Below are positions 60,651 through 64,000 of a DNA stretch of 64,000 nucleotides, piece after piece (the first letter of the stretch is position 1; every line of letters begins with the position of its first letter). This stretch comes from the human T2T-CHM13v2.0 reference genome, Homo sapiens, in NCBI RefSeq assembly GCF_009914755.1, contig NC_060929.1; one strand, 5' to 3'. The notes under the pieces were generated by a model. It worked only from the letters and a program-made list of their open reading frames with translations, did no database searches and had not been told where the DNA came from. Position numbers and translations under genes: made by a program.

Positions 60651-61361
60651 TGTAATCATTAGATCAGATTCTGTTTCTTATGAAATTCAATTTATTTGGG
60701 ATTAGATATTTAATTTAAAATAATTTATTAGCATTTTAATAAACAATAAGTTAGTGTCTTTTGAGGTTTAGGCTTTGACATTAATTAATTACATATATTT
60801 AAATATAACAATAGTGTCAAGAAACTAAATAAAATTATATTCTGTTCACATTGTAATTCCCTATGTTAACTCAGAAATGATTTCTTTAGAAGATCCATGA
60901 GTAGACTTATATGCTGGGGACAAAGTGAAGAAGATTTCAACTTTGCACATGAACTGCAAAAATTTTAGTGGAATATATCAATAAAGTTATCACTTAGATG
61001 GATAATATTCTAAACTAATATCTACTAAAGCTGAAGATTAATCTTTCCTGGTGTTTCCCTAGTGATTATGGTGAGAAAAAGTGATTCTCAAGATGTATTA
61101 GAAAAAGTTGGGAAGAATTGAGCCTTTATTTAAATAAATAACTACAAATTATTTTAATATATAATGAGATCTAAATGCATATGTTTATTTATATTATTGG
61201 ATTTAAATACTAAATTTCAGCACTATATATATCAATATTTTCTCTTCTCCTCTTACTTTTTAAAAACTGCTCATTGAAAACTTTTAAAGCAAGGTTTTAA
61301 AATTCTCTTCAGGCCTGAATAGCTGAGAAATATCCTTTGGATCTGCGTCAATCGAGTACCT

Positions 61362-61756
61362 TGTTATGGAATAAATTACGTTCCCTTAAAATTCATATCT
61401 TGAAGCTCTATCTCTCAGTGTGATTGTATTCAGAGATAGGATCTATACAGAAGTTATAAAGATTAAATAAAATTACAAGGGTGGGGCCTTAATCTAATAG
61501 GACTGTTATCCCAATAATAAGAAGAGACACCAGAGATCTCTATCTGTCCACATATTTACAAAGAAGCGTCCATCTGAGGACACAGTGAGAAGGAGACCAT
61601 CTATAGGCCAAGGAGACAACCCTCACAGAGACTCAATTTATTGGCTCCTTTGTCTCAGATATCTAGCTGCTAAAATTTTGAGACAATAAATTATTTTTTT
61701 AAACCATTTCATCATTTTTAAAAATTTTATTATGGAAGCCCAAGCTGACTAACACA
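61362..61756 (+). mobile_element. Solo MLT1A-like MaLR LTR
   Basis: tgttatgga...aaaattcatatcttgaagc...gggtggggccttaatctaataggactg...gcccaagctgactaacaca; perfect 5-bp TSD tacct (61357-61361 / 61757-61761). Confidence 0.9.
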
Positions 61757-63389
61757 TACCTATACTGAGAATAGCACTGGCAGAATGTATTCTATCATGC
61801 ACAGAGTTAATATATCCTCCTATGGAGTCAAGTTTGTTTTGCTGTGAAATTCATCTGGAAACAATTTCCATTAAAAAATAATCATCTGCTTTCAATTCCA
61901 CAGAAGTCTATATATGCTGGTATATTCATTAAATAATAGATTTCTGAAAATAAGAACAGTCTTAATTAGAATATAGCCTATTAGTCTGCTTTCTCAACTA
62001 TAAATATAAACTTCCAAATTTCTAAGGGAGTATATACAAATATACATTTGTCACAGGTCATGAAGAACAATAATGTGTTCATTAATTTAAGTAATCATTT
62101 CCTAAATATCAATTATTTATAAAGCAGTAAAAAGACAGTAAAGATACATGTTGCAAAGCATCATGTAATTTGATATAAGATTAAAAAGTAGGATTAAAAT
62201 ATAATAGTAAAGCAGGAAAGACTGTGAAAATATTTGCCTGAACACAGCAATTCAGAATACTTGCACTACTAACAAAGAAATATTAGATTTATCTTTCTTT
62301 CTTTAAGTTACTTTTAGTTATTGGTTACCACATATAGTGCCATGTTTTAAAAACATTTTGAATACTTGTCTTAAACAGTGAGTGGTGTTATCTTCGTGAA
62401 GCTGTCAGATTTATTAGCTCTGGAAATATGTGTCTTTACCCAAAGCCAAAGAAGTAGTTGAGAATATTTTTATGTTCTTTTGGTGAAAAATAAACTGTGT
62501 TTTGATTAGTATAATCTTTGTTTATTTATATTGCGTAACTACAATGTTATGATATTAAAAGAAATAGCCTTTAAGGGAGAAAGTATATATTCTTTATTTC
62601 ATTTTAAAATTCCATTAGTATTTCAGAGTAAGAAAACTTCTGAAATCGATATTTTGTATTTTTACACATTTACTAATGTTATATATTTGTCTTATTGTCA
62701 TATATATGGAGTAGTAACTGTTGATTTGGATAATTCTGTAACCATTAAAAGTACATGTACCTAACACCTTTTCAGTTGGCATCAATAATATAAAACAATA
62801 CGAAAGTCAAAGACTAAAAATGCCTCACCATGACCTAATTGTATGCTCTTACACTTCAGTTTTGGTTAATCACATCACTGTATTTGGTAAGAGAAAAAAT
62901 AATGATAATAATCTCTTTTCAGCATATTCTAATATTTATTTGCTAGCATTTCAAGAGGTTGCATAACTTATCATTTGTTAATTGATATTCTAAGTGATAA
63001 TTCAAAAGAATTTCAAGAGGCAAAAACATATTCAGACTCTTAATATTCAACTTGATTTTCTATATTAATAAAATGCAGTTGGACTTTGGGTTAGTGAATT
63101 TTACACATTTTATTACAAAGCAAACACCTCCTGATTCCACTCCAAAATGTTTAACTGAAAAGAGTAAATGTTAGGAGCTAGGGCTGGCTAAAATTGCACC
63201 TTTCTACAAGGATAATTTAACTATCATGATCTTAGTTTCCAAGAGAAAAAAATCAGGGCACTGAAAGATGAAGATGTTGCTTTTTGGCTTAGGATCCAAA
63301 AGTCCAGTATACAAATGCCCTTATTACACTAAGCTTGAAAATATCAAGAAAACCAAATAAAGAGAAAAGAAAATGTATAAACAATATAG

Positions 63390-64000
63390 ACATTCACTTA
63401 TCATGTAAGCGTTGTTTACTATTTCACACACACCATGTCAGGCATTGGGGCTCCAACTCTGAGTAAAGCAGACATGGTGTTAGAGAATCAAATATTTTAG
63501 AAACAGATAGCTGTGGGATTTCATGTAATTCCACAAATGAAGGATACACTAAAATCTGAATGCAAAGTAGAAATTAGCAGAGGAAAGAAGGAAGCAAGAT
63601 GGTTTCTAGAGGGAGAAGAACATGCAAAACCAGAGACAAAAACAAGGATCTCACGCTGGCAAGATGAATCACAATAACAACTCTGAAGGCAAGAGGATTG
63701 GTGCTAAGAGTGAAACTAAAGAAGCAGGCAGAGAAAAGCTTTGGAATTTCTATGTTCAATTTTGGATTTTATCCTAAAGGTAAGAGAGCATCATGGAATT
63801 ATTTTAGGTATGGAAATATGCATTCCAATTTAAAATTTAAAGTTAGCACTCTGGCTGTTATTGTTGATATATGTATGATAAGATTGGGTTGGAGAATAAA
63901 ATAGAGCGAGGTAGAAAATTTGGGAAGCTCATGCAGAAATTTTAAAAAGTGATATTTTTCTGACATAGGATAAAATGTGAAAAGGGCTCAGATTTGAGAG
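63390..64000 (-). mobile_element. L2 LINE remnant running off the window end
   Basis: cattcacttatca...catgtcaggcattgggg...agcagacatgg; tttggattttatcctaaagg...aaagttagcactctggctg. Confidence 0.6.

Overview
AT-rich, gene-poor primate genomic DNA (catarrhine, probably human, because it carries AluY, L1PA6/7, THE1 and MADE1). I find no supportable host protein-coding exon, RNA gene or CpG island. Every longer ORF in the track is a decayed LINE-1, MaLR or Alu frame, or AT-rich noise. Roughly half of the window is recognisable transposable-element fossil: an L1PA15/16-type 3' end, a near-full-length dead L1PA7, a rearranged L1PA6-like element in two oppositely oriented pieces, a full-span L1MA2-type element carrying a nested complete THE1 provirus, six Alus, solo MaLR LTRs, DNA-transposon fossils (MER2, MER58A, MER3, MADE1), L2/MIR remnants and microsatellites. 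Subfamily names come from my recall of consensus sequences, not from a RepeatMasker run. I see no evidence of a new biological system. The most interesting signals are rearrangement scars: the split and inverted L1PA6 with a 14-bp repeat cluster at one junction and an orphan Alu-like tail at the other, an internal inversion in the L1MA2, a local fold-back duplication near 3.4 kb, and a MADE1 hairpin with a compensatory base pair.
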